A model generated the notes under the pieces. It saw only the letters and a list, made by a program, of their open reading frames with translations. It made no database searches and was not told the DNA's origin. Shown in pieces: positions 1 to 12,280 of a stretch of 64,000 bases of DNA (the stretch's first letter is position 1; every line of letters starts with the position of its first letter). The stretch spans positions 14,632,001-14,696,000 of the forward strand of contig OZ024750.1 of assembly GCA_964016885.1 (NCBI GenBank), written 5' to 3'. A program made the translations under genes and the position numbers. The stretch is from Eledone cirrhosa. Its lineage: Eukaryota.

Positions 1-359
1 CTGTGATAGAAGTAAAAGAACTAGTGTGAACTTATCACTAAGCCAGATATCCCATGAGAGGACAAGGAAAGAAGGGGGCAGGGGGAAATGAGAAAACAGA
101 AATTGCTGGTAATAATGAATTGGATATTTTCTTTTCTAGGTAGATAACGAGGAATACAAATATACCTGGAAATAGCATACCAATCCAGACCAGTATGAAG
201 ATTGGGAGAAGGGGATAAATTACATTTCTTAATTTACTTTTAAATGTTTAAGCTTACAATAAGCAAAAGCAAATAATTGGGGATTGTAGACAATGGCAGT
301 GCCCCAGCATGGCCTCAGCCTGTCGGCTGGAACACGTAATAGAGTAAGCTGAAGAAATT

Positions 360-3300
360 CTCTATCTCTCCCTTATTTGGAGGTTATTTTTTTTAGAATT
401 TTCATTATCTTCAATATTTTTTCTTTTTTTTTTTTTTTGGCTTTTCCATTTTAATTGATATTTTTTAATTAGTGTCACAAAAAAAAACAAACAAAACAAA
501 ATAAACATGCAAGCTTCTTTCAAAATGTTTATGAAAAAAAAAAAAAAATCAGACAACAGAATTCCACAATGCAAATCTACATTTCACATGCCTTATGAGC
601 TTATTTATATCACAAAGAAGCAAATAAAGTGGGGATTGAGAGAGAGAGAGAGAGGGTGTAACTGAAAGAATTACTTCAAGCTGTGTATGGATGAGGGGTT
701 ATATACTCTTTCATCAAAATGTTTGTATGGTAATAAAAGGGGGTGGGGAGAGAAAAGAATTTGGTAATTTCTAAGGATCCTAAGTTAGTAGATTGAGTAG
801 GGAAGAATTTACAAATAATTTGAAACACTCAGGTGAGCTGTGACGAGGCAACAAATTACTTGGAAAGAAATTCCCTTGATTATCAATTAATTAAGATCTC
901 ATACCAAAAAGAATTTTTTTATTTTTTATTTTTATTTTTTGATGGAATAATGATTCAGAAGGTAGAAAATCTATTTCTCAGCATATTTCAAAGGTGGAGA
1001 TGGAAAAATAAAACCTATATAAAAAAAATGTTGGTTATAAAATTAAAAAAGAAAAGGAAATACAGGATGTATGTATCAAAGAATAGGATCAAATGCCAAT
1101 AATTATGTAGAATGGAATTCTGAAAGATTATTTTCTAATTTTCTTCATCATTAGTTATCTGTCCAAATGAATATACGAAATTGTTACATTTTAAATGGGA
1201 TGTTTGATAGGAATTTTATGTTTTACTTTTGAAAATTCATCTAAATGAATTTAGTTTTTCTTTTTTTTTTTGTCTTTGCTTCTCTATAACATACATCAGT
1301 AATGAAACGAAGTTTACCAAAACAAAACAAAGTACCAATTAATGGCACAAAGTGGAAAAAGAATTGAACAGTTGGTAATTATAAGTGAAAAGTCAAAGTA
1401 ATTATCATAATCCTCCATCTCAGTGCAAGTTTACTTTTAAATACAAAACAAGAGAGTTTCAACTACCTTTAATTTTTTTTATTATTTATTTATTAACATA
1501 AAAGCAAGGAACTGATATTTCCTTCAGTTTTAAATTTGAGAAAAATTGCCAAGATTTTATGTTTATAAATATATCCAATGGACAAAAATCACCAGAATTT
1601 AAGGTAGCAATATAACCTTGGCATAGGATATACCTAAATATGAACAGATCAATATCTGTATACTTGAATGAGAAGTTATTATTAAGTAATTAAATACTTT
1701 AAGATGTTACATCTTAAAAATATAATTGCATACCTAGCTTAGTGTGTCTCACACAAGTGAAAAACATATATGCTACATTATATTTTACTAATATCAAAGA
1801 GCAGTTCTGCAACCAAGACTGTGGTGGTGTTAAACTTCAAATTCCACTCATGATTTTTAGATAAGATAAAATACAAGAATGTTTTCCTTTCTTCAGCAAC
1901 AATATTTGCATAGATACCTCCAGCTTCAAATGATTTAACTTCTGAAATGTTCAGTCAATTTTTATTGATTTAATTTGATTGTGGTTTTTTGTTTTGAAAT
2001 TTTGTATTTCAGTTTTACTTACAGCTACTACAATAAAAGAGGAAATTATTTATTATCTTGAACAAAATCTTTCTTTAAAGATTTTATAAAATAAATGAAT
2101 AACATTTTTGCAGCATATGCATTTATAACATGATTGCTGCATACATCTTTATAACAACATAAGATTTGAAAAGATCTTTCAGAAGAGTCACACTACAATT
2201 CAATCGTGTAACTCTTCAATGAGAAATATGCTACAAGTCAACTATAATCTCAAGAAAATCACATAACAGTTTAGTTTTGCAACTCTCTAAAGGAAATATT
2301 GCTGCAGTCCAATCATGTAGTCTTGTTAGTTGATAGTACTACAGTTACTACAGTTCAATTGTGTAGCTTTTCCAAGAAGACCATACTAGAATCCCACCAT
2401 GTCGCCATCTCATGAAGTTATCACTAATCCAGCTATATAACCCTTTGGAAAAAAAAAATAAAAAAGCTCACAATACAATTGAACCATGTAATTTTCTTAA
2501 CAATGCAGCCATGTAGCCTAAATAGATATTTATATACAACATCAGCAATAAAATATAAAAGTAGTACTCTACATTACACACACACACAAAAATACTATCT
2601 CCCAAATATCTTCCATTTTATTTATTATCTCAGAAGATTTTGTGACTATGTTTTTGTAAGTTTAGCAAAAACAACCAACAGAACCAACTCATTTTATAAA
2701 GTAACAGGAAATAGTAAACTGAAGATTGCGTAACAGGTAATTTTCTAGAGAATCTGAATTGAGAAACACAAAATGGCTTTTTATTTACTAAATATATAAC
2801 CTTTTGGTAATTATTTATTTGTACTGATTTCAAACTTTACCTACAAGACATTTAAATAGTCAATTGTTTAGATCTAACAGTTTTTATCTAGTACAAGTCT
2901 GTTAAAGAGAGAGAGAGAGCTAGGTAATACATACATATTATATTATATACCCATGACACCCAATGGTGCCACTATATTTTTTATAAAAGTAGGCCTTTAC
3001 AGATTCCTTAATAGCATACATTATTGTAGTCTCAAACTAACTATTATCAGACAAATAACCATAGCTGAACATGAACTAAAGAAGTTAGTCGTTGGGTATG
3101 TGTGTTGGAGGAAAGATACTGAGAAATAATTGTTTCTACTTTAGGCACAAGGCCAGCAATTATCCAGTGCATTACTGGTACTTTATTTTATCGACCCCGT
3201 AAGGATGAAAGGCAAAGTCAACCTCGGCGGGATTTGAACTCAGATCGTAAAGGGACGTAACTATGCTGGAAAGCATGGCGTCCGACCCTCTACCGATACT

Positions 3301-5282
3301 GCCAATCCACCGCCCTGATACTGAGAAATAATGAGAGTATACAATGTAACAGAAACAAAATTATAAGTAAAATGGGTTGGAAACACAATCAGAAAGACAT
3401 AGTATAGAAAATAGAAAAATAGATGGGTAAATAGTGCTGGTCTTCTTTCCAGCAAATTTAACATATTAATGTGTTCATTCAAATAAGAAGGAAGATGAGG
3501 AGGAAACACTAAGTTTTCCTTTTACCTTTTATGTGTTACTCAAAGATCTGTAAAATTGAAATATTTTTTTTCATGATTGTTTTATTTGTATTCCTTTGTT
3601 TATCACAGATTTTCACTGAAACCAGACTACAACTGACAGCTGCATGCAAAAGACAACCACAGCTGTAAATTTATATGGAGAATCCATTAAGTACAACTGG
3701 CTTAGATGATAATAATGAAATAATTCCATGTTGTTCAGAACAGAGTGAAATCATGCATTCATATATGTGTATTACATTATATATATATATGTATGGTTTA
3801 TATATATATATACACACAAATATATATGCATGTATGTATATATACATATACACATACATGTATATATACACATGTGTATATATATATACACATACACATA
3901 TATTATATCTATATATACACATATATATATATATTTGTGTGTGTATGTGTATAGTTTTAGAGCAATAATGTGAAATGCTTCAATGACATTAGAAGAAAAG
4001 TGACTAAGAATAGGAGAGATTGGTTGTTTTTTTCTTCTTTTTTTTCCCATGCATGCTTAGAAGTTGTGAGTAGCACAGCAGGTGGTCATAGTGGAAGAGC
4101 ACTTAGAAAGTGAGGAGAATTTCAATGAAATATAGTGGTTGCAAGGATAATGTCAGAAATATTGTAGTTGAATGTTGTATACTGAGGGCAGTTTGATTAA
4201 CGACCATTTATGGTGTAAATATTTTAAACGATGCATATCGAAGCATTTTTTTGTTGGTATTTACTAGATCTTGGAGTAGGGTCAATTATAACTGATAATG
4301 AAAATAAAAACGTTTAATTAGAAATAAGTGTTGTAGCAATCATTTTAAATAAAAAAAAAGGTAATTGCTAAATGTCTAAAAATTTACAAAAACTGGTTTA
4401 ACTTAGCATATACAATTTGAGAAGACATTTTAAAAAATATTTTGGGTGTAAAATCTAAAATCGTTTCATCATATATAGTTACTGGTAAATAACAATAACT
4501 AGCAAAATATTTGTTACTGTTTTCCCTGAAATCACTCTCTTTTCAAGCACCACCCTACTTCTTTTTTCAGAGTAATATGAACATAATTTTCTGAAGTATA
4601 TTTATTTACTTTCATTATATTAAACATGACTGGGGCTAAAAGAAAAAAAAAATTATCCCTAGAAAGAAATTTAAACAATTTCAGATAGCAGAAGTTTTGG
4701 TTGCAGCATTCTCCTTTATATATGTAGCCAATGATTTCAGACATTGAAAACCTGCCAACACATAGCAAGGATACTTGTCTATACAACCATAACCCATAAC
4801 CAAGTTTACATGATTTTAAACTTCATTTTTGCACCAACTGTTTTGATATTAAAACAAAGAAGAAAAAGAAACTCTGCAGTTATTGTCTCATGTGTATACT
4901 TAAAGTGTTTGCTAAACAAATCAATGCTTCATACAATACACTTAAGTATAATCGTATTATCAAAGAGCTAAATTAACCTCTTTATTGTCCCCACTATTTT
5001 GCCTGTTCAGCAAATTATTATTCTTTTTCTTTCTTTCTTTTTGTGATTTTTAATATATTTTTCTCATATGTTTGGGTCAAATGTTTGTTTGTTGTTGGTT
5101 ATTTCAATGCTCTTATGACATGGATGATTTAGTTGCACTGGTGGAATCTAACCGGTTCACCATCTGATATCTAATGGTAGTTTAGCATATAGACAGCTGA
5201 AATGTATTGCTGCATTCCATGTGAGAGCAAACTATTGTCCCATTGATCAACTTTGAACTGAACCACAGTAACATTTCTACTG
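360..5282 (-). other. Probable 3' UTR of the F-BAR gene; its extent is uncertain
   Basis: Directly follows the stop codon; repeat-poor (one SINE and one microsatellite block); several minus-strand AATAAA (e.g. plus tttatt at 4981). Confidence 0.35.
3128..3314 (-). mobile_element. tRNA-derived SINE family A, short subtype
   Basis: Minus strand: A box TGGCAGTATCGG, B box GAGTTCAAATCC, central gcctttcatccttacggggtcgataaaataaagtaccag, tail gtgcctaaagtagaaacaatt. Confidence 0.85.
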
Positions 5283-5437
5283 TTAAAGTTCATACAATAT
5301 ACACTGAATATAAGAGCTAGGGACAAATCCATCTGAGCCATCTTTTTTGCGAACCCGAGTCCAGCCATCACCTTGATCTTGTTCAAGAAGAAACATATCT
5401 TCGTTTTCTTCCATTGATATTGAGCCTTCATTTAATG
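5283..5437 (-). CDS. FNBP1L: Terminal coding exon E14: [50 protein letters not shown]
   Basis: tctttccag acceptor, phase 1; SH3 GW and GxVPxSY motifs; TAA at 5285-5283. Confidence 0.95.
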
Positions 5438-8400
5438 CTGGAAAGACATTTTTAAAAAGATTGTTAAACTGTGTTGGAGAATATAAATGAAATAAAGATT
5501 TTTTAAAAAGATTGTTAAACTGTGTTGGAGAATATAAATGAAAATAAAATCCTCTTAATTAATTAAAACAATTCTAAAACTAATATTTCCAAATTTCTCT
5601 TATATTATACCTATTTACACCACATCACCATCATCGTTTAACATCCATTTTCCATGCTAGCATGGGTTGTTGATATTATTATACAGGAAATTATTTCTAC
5701 ATATTTTCAATTCTTTCAATGTTAACAAAATTAATACTAAAAGTGATGGAAGTATTTTGGTTACCTTCAAACTGGTAAAGAGCACGACAAGTTCCAATGA
5801 CCGGAAACTCATCAAATTCCTCCTCTTCAGGTGTTTCTAGATCAGCAAAATTAATTACTTCCCCATCAACATCTTCAGCACCATCTTCTCCCCCAGCAAT
5901 AGGTCTGAAAAATAGGATGGAATTTGGTGAGAAATTAATCAGTTCAATAACCATAGTGTTGTTTCAAAACTTGGTCTAATTTACAGCTTAGACTAGCATT
6001 TTATTTCATTTACCTCATGGAAGTGTTACTGTAATTTTAAAACTAAACAACAGAATACTGTGACTTAAAACATAAAACGAAAAGATGGAAAAGAAAAATA
6101 AGTGTATCTAGACTAAGTGCGGTTGATATTTAGGAAAAAACACAAAAAAAATAAGACAGACCCTGCATAAACAGATAAAACAAACATAAGCATAGTATAT
6201 AATTATTGATTTTAGTTTATGGAATAAAGAAAATATATGGGGGAAGTCTTAAAAGTTTTTGGTTAACTATTTTTAACTAATGATGTGTAAGATACATCTG
6301 TAGAAAACATTAAGAAGGAAAAGTTTTATACAATTTCTATTTTAACAGCCATTTATAAGGCTATGTAAATGTGTGTGTACACTACAAACTTGAGCTCATT
6401 TTATTTAGGTTTTCAATTAATCTTAAAAAAATTGAATACGTTCATGATAAATAAGGACTTTAAATACAATAAAGTGGACAACTTTATTTTGATAAATATG
6501 ATAACAATGTTTAGCAGAGTAGTCCCATTTCATTTGGATTATAATACTGTCCCAAAACAGCCAAAAGAAAAGTCTTGCAGTTTACATGAAGCCTAGCATT
6601 ATGATAATGCTTACCTAAAGTTTCTACATTAAACTACTAATTCTTCTACCTTGCTCGACTACATACTATTGTCATAATATTTACTCTAAGATCCTTATCA
6701 ATATTACTTCTGCCATTACTTTAATTAATTGAAGGAATGAAAATTGAAGTTGGTTGTTCCTGAGACTAATTTTGTTTGGATAATAATTCTTTTGTTAACA
6801 TTCTTCTACTGAAAGACACTGCCTATATTTTGAAAATAATAAATATTTTGGAGGCATTTAGTAAAATAACTAACTTTTTCGTTATTAAGGTGGTGTTTTG
6901 AAAATAAAAGTACTTATGTAAAATTATGATTGAACGTTTTTAGATAAACAGAAAGAGCTAAAAATAAACAGTAACAGTCTGAAGTCTTAAGAATCTTACT
7001 GTTTATACCATACCTATCTCATTTATTTTATTCTTTAAACTTGGAAATATTAGCTAATGTTTTTTAAAGAAAATAGAATCCAAGAATAATGGTGAGCAAA
7101 ATTGAAATATATTATTGTCAATGTCTGTCCTTGTAATATCATTAGCACTATCTGACTGTGTGCAATGGACTTGTAGTTTACTAAGATTTTCTTGGAAAAC
7201 AAATCTCTATTGGAGGAATGAATTTGAACTAATAAATCAACTAAGTATAAAATAAAGATCACCTCTTTCTCACACAACTTCTTTTCAATAGAACAAGAAA
7301 AAAAGATGTCATAGTAAATATTAAAACTGACATAGCATAAAATATCAAAGAGTACATCAAAGTTTTGAATCGCCATCATCACCATCATCGTGATCATTAT
7401 TATCATTATTACTATAAATGAATTTGTGGCATTTCTGATATTCTGTTATGATTTTCATATATGAGTGATCGAAATAAGTTATAAATACCACAAGTTCAAA
7501 AAGAAAAGAAAAGAAAAAACAAAACAAAACAAAACAAACCTTTATGTATAACAGAAATTCATGAAACAACAGAAAATTAAAAACAAATAAAATTCAAAAA
7601 CACAAAACTAAAATAACAAAATTCAAAAAAAATACAAACAAGTTGTAAATATCTATTTTCCCCTCCTTCTCTACCATAAAAACATGTAGTACATGTTAAA
7701 ATTAAACATGATTCAAATGATAGAAATTAGGAGAGCAAAATATAGAGAAACAAAACAACACTAGATAGAAAGCATATGTTCAGGCATGTAAACACTAAAG
7801 CAATAAATACACAGTTGATTAGCCATTCAGTTATAGGCAAAATAATCATTTTAAAACAAAGCAAAAGCACAACACTTATTATTTATAAGTAGGAACTTAT
7901 TATTAGAAACAGACAAATACAACAAACAGAAGAAGATGAGAGGGAGCAGAGAAAGATATGAGCCAAACATAACTGAGAAATTATGACAAATAAGTAAAAC
8001 CAAAGTTAATTAGTAACAGAAGAAAAAATAGTAATTTACTGCTATGTAATTTGTCAATCAGAAGGGTTTAATGTATGATCATTCTCGCTGTATCTGATGA
8101 AAGATGTTTTTATTTTAACAATCAATAATAATAGTTTCTACTATAGGCAACAAGGCCAGCTATTTTGGGGGAGGGGAAAGTTGATTAAATCGACCCTGTA
8201 AGGATAAAAGGCAACACTGACCATGGCGGGATTTGAACTCAGAACATAAAGGGACATAACTCTATGCTGCAAAGCATGGTGTCTGACGTTTTACTGATAC
8301 TGCCAAATCCACTGTCCATAATAATAATGGTTTATGATTTAGGCACAAGGCCAAACATTTTGGGGGAGGGGAAAGTCGATTAAATCGACCTCCCCCCAGT

Positions 8401-11400
8401 GTGTTACTGGTACTTTATTTTATCAACCCCGTAAGGATGAAAGGCAAAGCTAATCTCAGTGGGATTTGAACTCAGAACGTAAAGGGGTGTAACTATATGC
8501 CACTAAGCATATTGTCCTATGCTCTAGCAATACTGCATGATAATGATAACAGTAGTTTCCAATTTAGGTACAAGGCCAACAATTATTAAGGGAAAAGGAA
8601 AGACAAATAAACCCAAGTGCATTACTGGTACTTTATTTTAAAGAATAATAACAACAACAACAACAACAATAATAATAAATAATAACAACAGCAACAACAA
8701 TAATGGTGATGATGATTTCTAAGTTATGTCATGGAATGGGTACGTTTGGGGTGGAGAGTACAGTTGTGGAATGGGTACGTTTGGGGTGGAGAGTACAGTT
8801 GTGGAATGGGTACGTTTGGGGTGGAGAGTACAGTTGTGGAATGGGTACGTTTGGGGTGGAGAGTACAGTTGTGGAATGGGTACGTTTGGGGTGGAGAGTA
8901 TAGTTGTGGAATGGGTACGTTTGGGGTGGAGAGTACAGTTGTGGAATGGGTACGTTTGGGGTGGAGAGTATAGTTGTGGAATGGGTACGTTTGGGGTGGA
9001 GAGTACAGTTGTGGAATGGGTACGTTTGGGGTGGAGAGTACAGTTGTGGAATGGGTACGTTTGGGGTGGAGAGTACAGTTGTGGAATGGGTACATTTGGG
9101 GTGGAGAGTATAGTTGTGGAATGGGTTCATTTGGGGTGGAGAGTATAGTTGTGGAATGGAATTATACAGGTCCTGTCCTGACACGGCATATCTTGGGAAT
9201 TTTGCATCCAGTGAAGCCCATTCCTCTCCAGCTGGAACACAGCCGATTTCTTCCAGAGAACGAAAGGAAGAATCAATCCCAGTATTGGGCTGGTACTTTA
9301 TTGAGTGACCTCGAAGACATGAAAGGCATTTTTGTAGGGATTCAGGAGGTATATTCAATATAATCCAATAGGTTAGATTTAATATTTTTAGTCTGGAGGA
9401 AAGTACTGTGGTTATGACCTTTGCAGAGCCTGTGAGACTAAAAAGACTGAGATGGTTGACACCAAGTTTGAACATCTGTTGGAAAAATCTGGGTGGGAAG
9501 AGTGTTCCAAAGAGTTGAATTTCTAGGAAGGAGCAAAGGGCATACTAATTAGTATGAAGGGAGGAAGATCAGGGAAAAACACAGAGAAAGACTGAAGAAT
9601 TGTCAGGGAGAGGAATTAGTCAGGAGTGCAAAGTTTGATGGTGATAAAGTAAATGGAGATGTTCTTGAACTTAGAGTCTATGTCTACATGTTGGTAAGAC
9701 ATGGAGGGAGGGTCTTGTCATGAAATTGAAAGGAAATATAGAAGCTTTCTCTACAGAATGCTACTTATGAAGTCATCTTGATTGAGGAGTAATAGAAAGG
9801 GAGATTCTGTGAAGTTGATAGAGAGATCCTTTTGGCAAAGGAACAGAAAGACCAGTTGGAATTTATGAGACGTGTAAGCTATACTAAGGAGATAAACAAC
9901 ATTAACAGAGATTATCCTGACACTATAGTTAATCAATAAATAATCTGATAAAAATTTAAATTTTAACCTTTTTCTTTTAAAGTCCCCCAACTCTCAATAA
10001 GTTAAATGATGCAGGTTTAGTTTGAAAAAATTTAAATTTAATTTAATGATTGTCTCGTATTATTTAGTAAAGAGAAAGGATCATACACCAGAATGTTTCA
10101 AGGTTTTCCAACATATAAAGTGAACACCAAGACAGTTAGGAAAGATTAATACAGTTATTATTTAGTTTCCACTTTTAAATGCCAGTGGTTGATGTGATTT
10201 TATGTTAAAATAGAAACAAAAAAGAGAAAAGTTCAACAGATCTATTATCTTCCATGTTTGCATTATCAAATAGATTATATATATAGACAGGGGAGAGAAT
10301 ATTGTATATATGCATATATAAATATATAGTCACATAATTGTTTGCAAATATATATATACTAATATTCACATATAAACAAGTGGCTGTTGCAAGAGAGAGA
10401 GAGAGGGCAATCTATAACAAGTTGTAAGTTATACAGAATTGACTTGAAGGAGTTGGTAAGATCACAAGTTATACATGCAAGCACTAAAGATGTACAAGAG
10501 GTGAATAGGGAACTAAATGCTGAATACAGAGGTAGAAAGTTCAGCTTGTATGAAGTTGAATTAAATTTAATTGGCAAAAGGGGGGAAAAATAGTTTCCAT
10601 GATGAAAATTTGCAAGATAAAAATTGCATCCATGCTTAAGAAAATATGTTGAGCTAGAGATGAATGGAGCCCCAGTTAAGTTAATATCTAATTATGAACA
10701 CATACACACACACACAACATAGAAACAATAAATGTAAAATATCATCTGGAATGTGTATATGGCAGAAAGTAACTTGCATACACACTACTTTTATCTGAAA
10801 ATATAAATACACAAAACTGTACACATTTACACATACACACTAGGAAATATTATATATACTTCAATGAAAAACGGCAGCCAGATTCCAATATATTCTGTTA
10901 ATGTATCGTAAAAATACAATACTTATATCTATATTTGGCGGCTTACATCATGATACAAGACATCTGGTGATATTGTTAGGTGCAGAAAAACAAAGATTCA
11001 GTAATTACCTTCTGGGTAACAGCAAAATATAAACAGAGAATCGATATGGAGGGAGTCCACCAATCAATCAATGTAGGTGCTGTGACAGATGACCCCCGTA
11101 TTTTTATGAAATATTAAAGGAATATATTGGAATCCAACCTCCTTTTTTTCATTGAAGTATTTAACTCCATTCCTGCACCAACCATGAGATACCAAATCTA
11201 TGATGGCTGATATGCACAATGTTGAGTGCTTTTTTTTTACTGCATTATGGTCTGCTAATGGGAATGACAAGTTCTATCCATTAATTAAACCATCCAACAT
11301 AAACGGAGTATATATATATATACATATGTATACACACACACATATATATATATATATTACACATACAGATACACAATATATCTATTTTTTTACTACTTTC

Positions 11401-11966
11401 CGAACCATCCAAATCACTCCATTTCTCACATCATTCGTTATTTCACCCCTTTGCCATGATTTCTCTTGTGTCATCATTCTCTCTCTCTCTCTCTCTCTCG
11501 TATTCACCTTCCATAGAATATTAGAATAGAAGGGATTTTTTGGTTTTGTGGGGCACAAGGCAACCTCACTAGTGCTGATGTCATGATAAAATGCACCTAG
11601 TCCACTCTGTAAAATAACTGGTGAATGAACAGAGACAACATAAGATTGAGAGTATTCTTTAGTCTGGCGGCTAAGATCGTAATAACCTCTCTAGTGCTTG
11701 TGACACAATAAAATGCACTCAGTACACCCTGTAAAGTGGTTGGTAAGAGGAAAGGCATCCATACATATGAGAACATAACTATATCTGTGAATACAGTGTG
11801 TGTGTATATACACCCACACATATGAGATATTGTGTCTCTTTATCTGAATAAACACTCATTGTTAATTAATATCCAGATAGAATAATAGATATACAAAGGA
11901 TACACCCTAAAAATGTCATTGTGATCCTATGAAATATGGATTATCTGAGTAAAAGATATACCCTGA

Positions 11967-12035
<69 letters not shown>

Positions 12036-12245
12036 GAGAGTAAAACAAAGAATCCTTTAATACATCAAAAGTTTTTATTGGACAATGTTTCGTCCTATTA
12101 AGGACTCATCAGGGCAATTAAAACAACAAGAAGTAATACTCTCTTAATTTTTTGGCTCTGTTTAACTGCATTGAGCTATACCTTTTACTGTCATTTCTAT
12201 AATACGAAGAGGGTGTTTAACTCCAACACGCTCCAGTATTTTAAT

Positions 12246-12280
<35 letters not shown>

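Noticed and set aside
3128-3314. tRNA gene suggested by A/B boxes
   Set aside because: No cloverleaf; multi-copy with a conserved body and tail, so it is a SINE head
3671-4050. Tyr/Ile-rich ORFs
   Set aside because: TA/CA microsatellite translation
6609-6626. 9-nt microexon or recursive splice site (tttag|gtaagc)
   Set aside because: Strong donor but essentially no pyrimidine tract; expected by chance
8703-9475. Multiple long overlapping ORFs (up to 248 aa)
   Set aside because: Products of the stop-poor 35-bp minisatellite; periodic peptides on both strands
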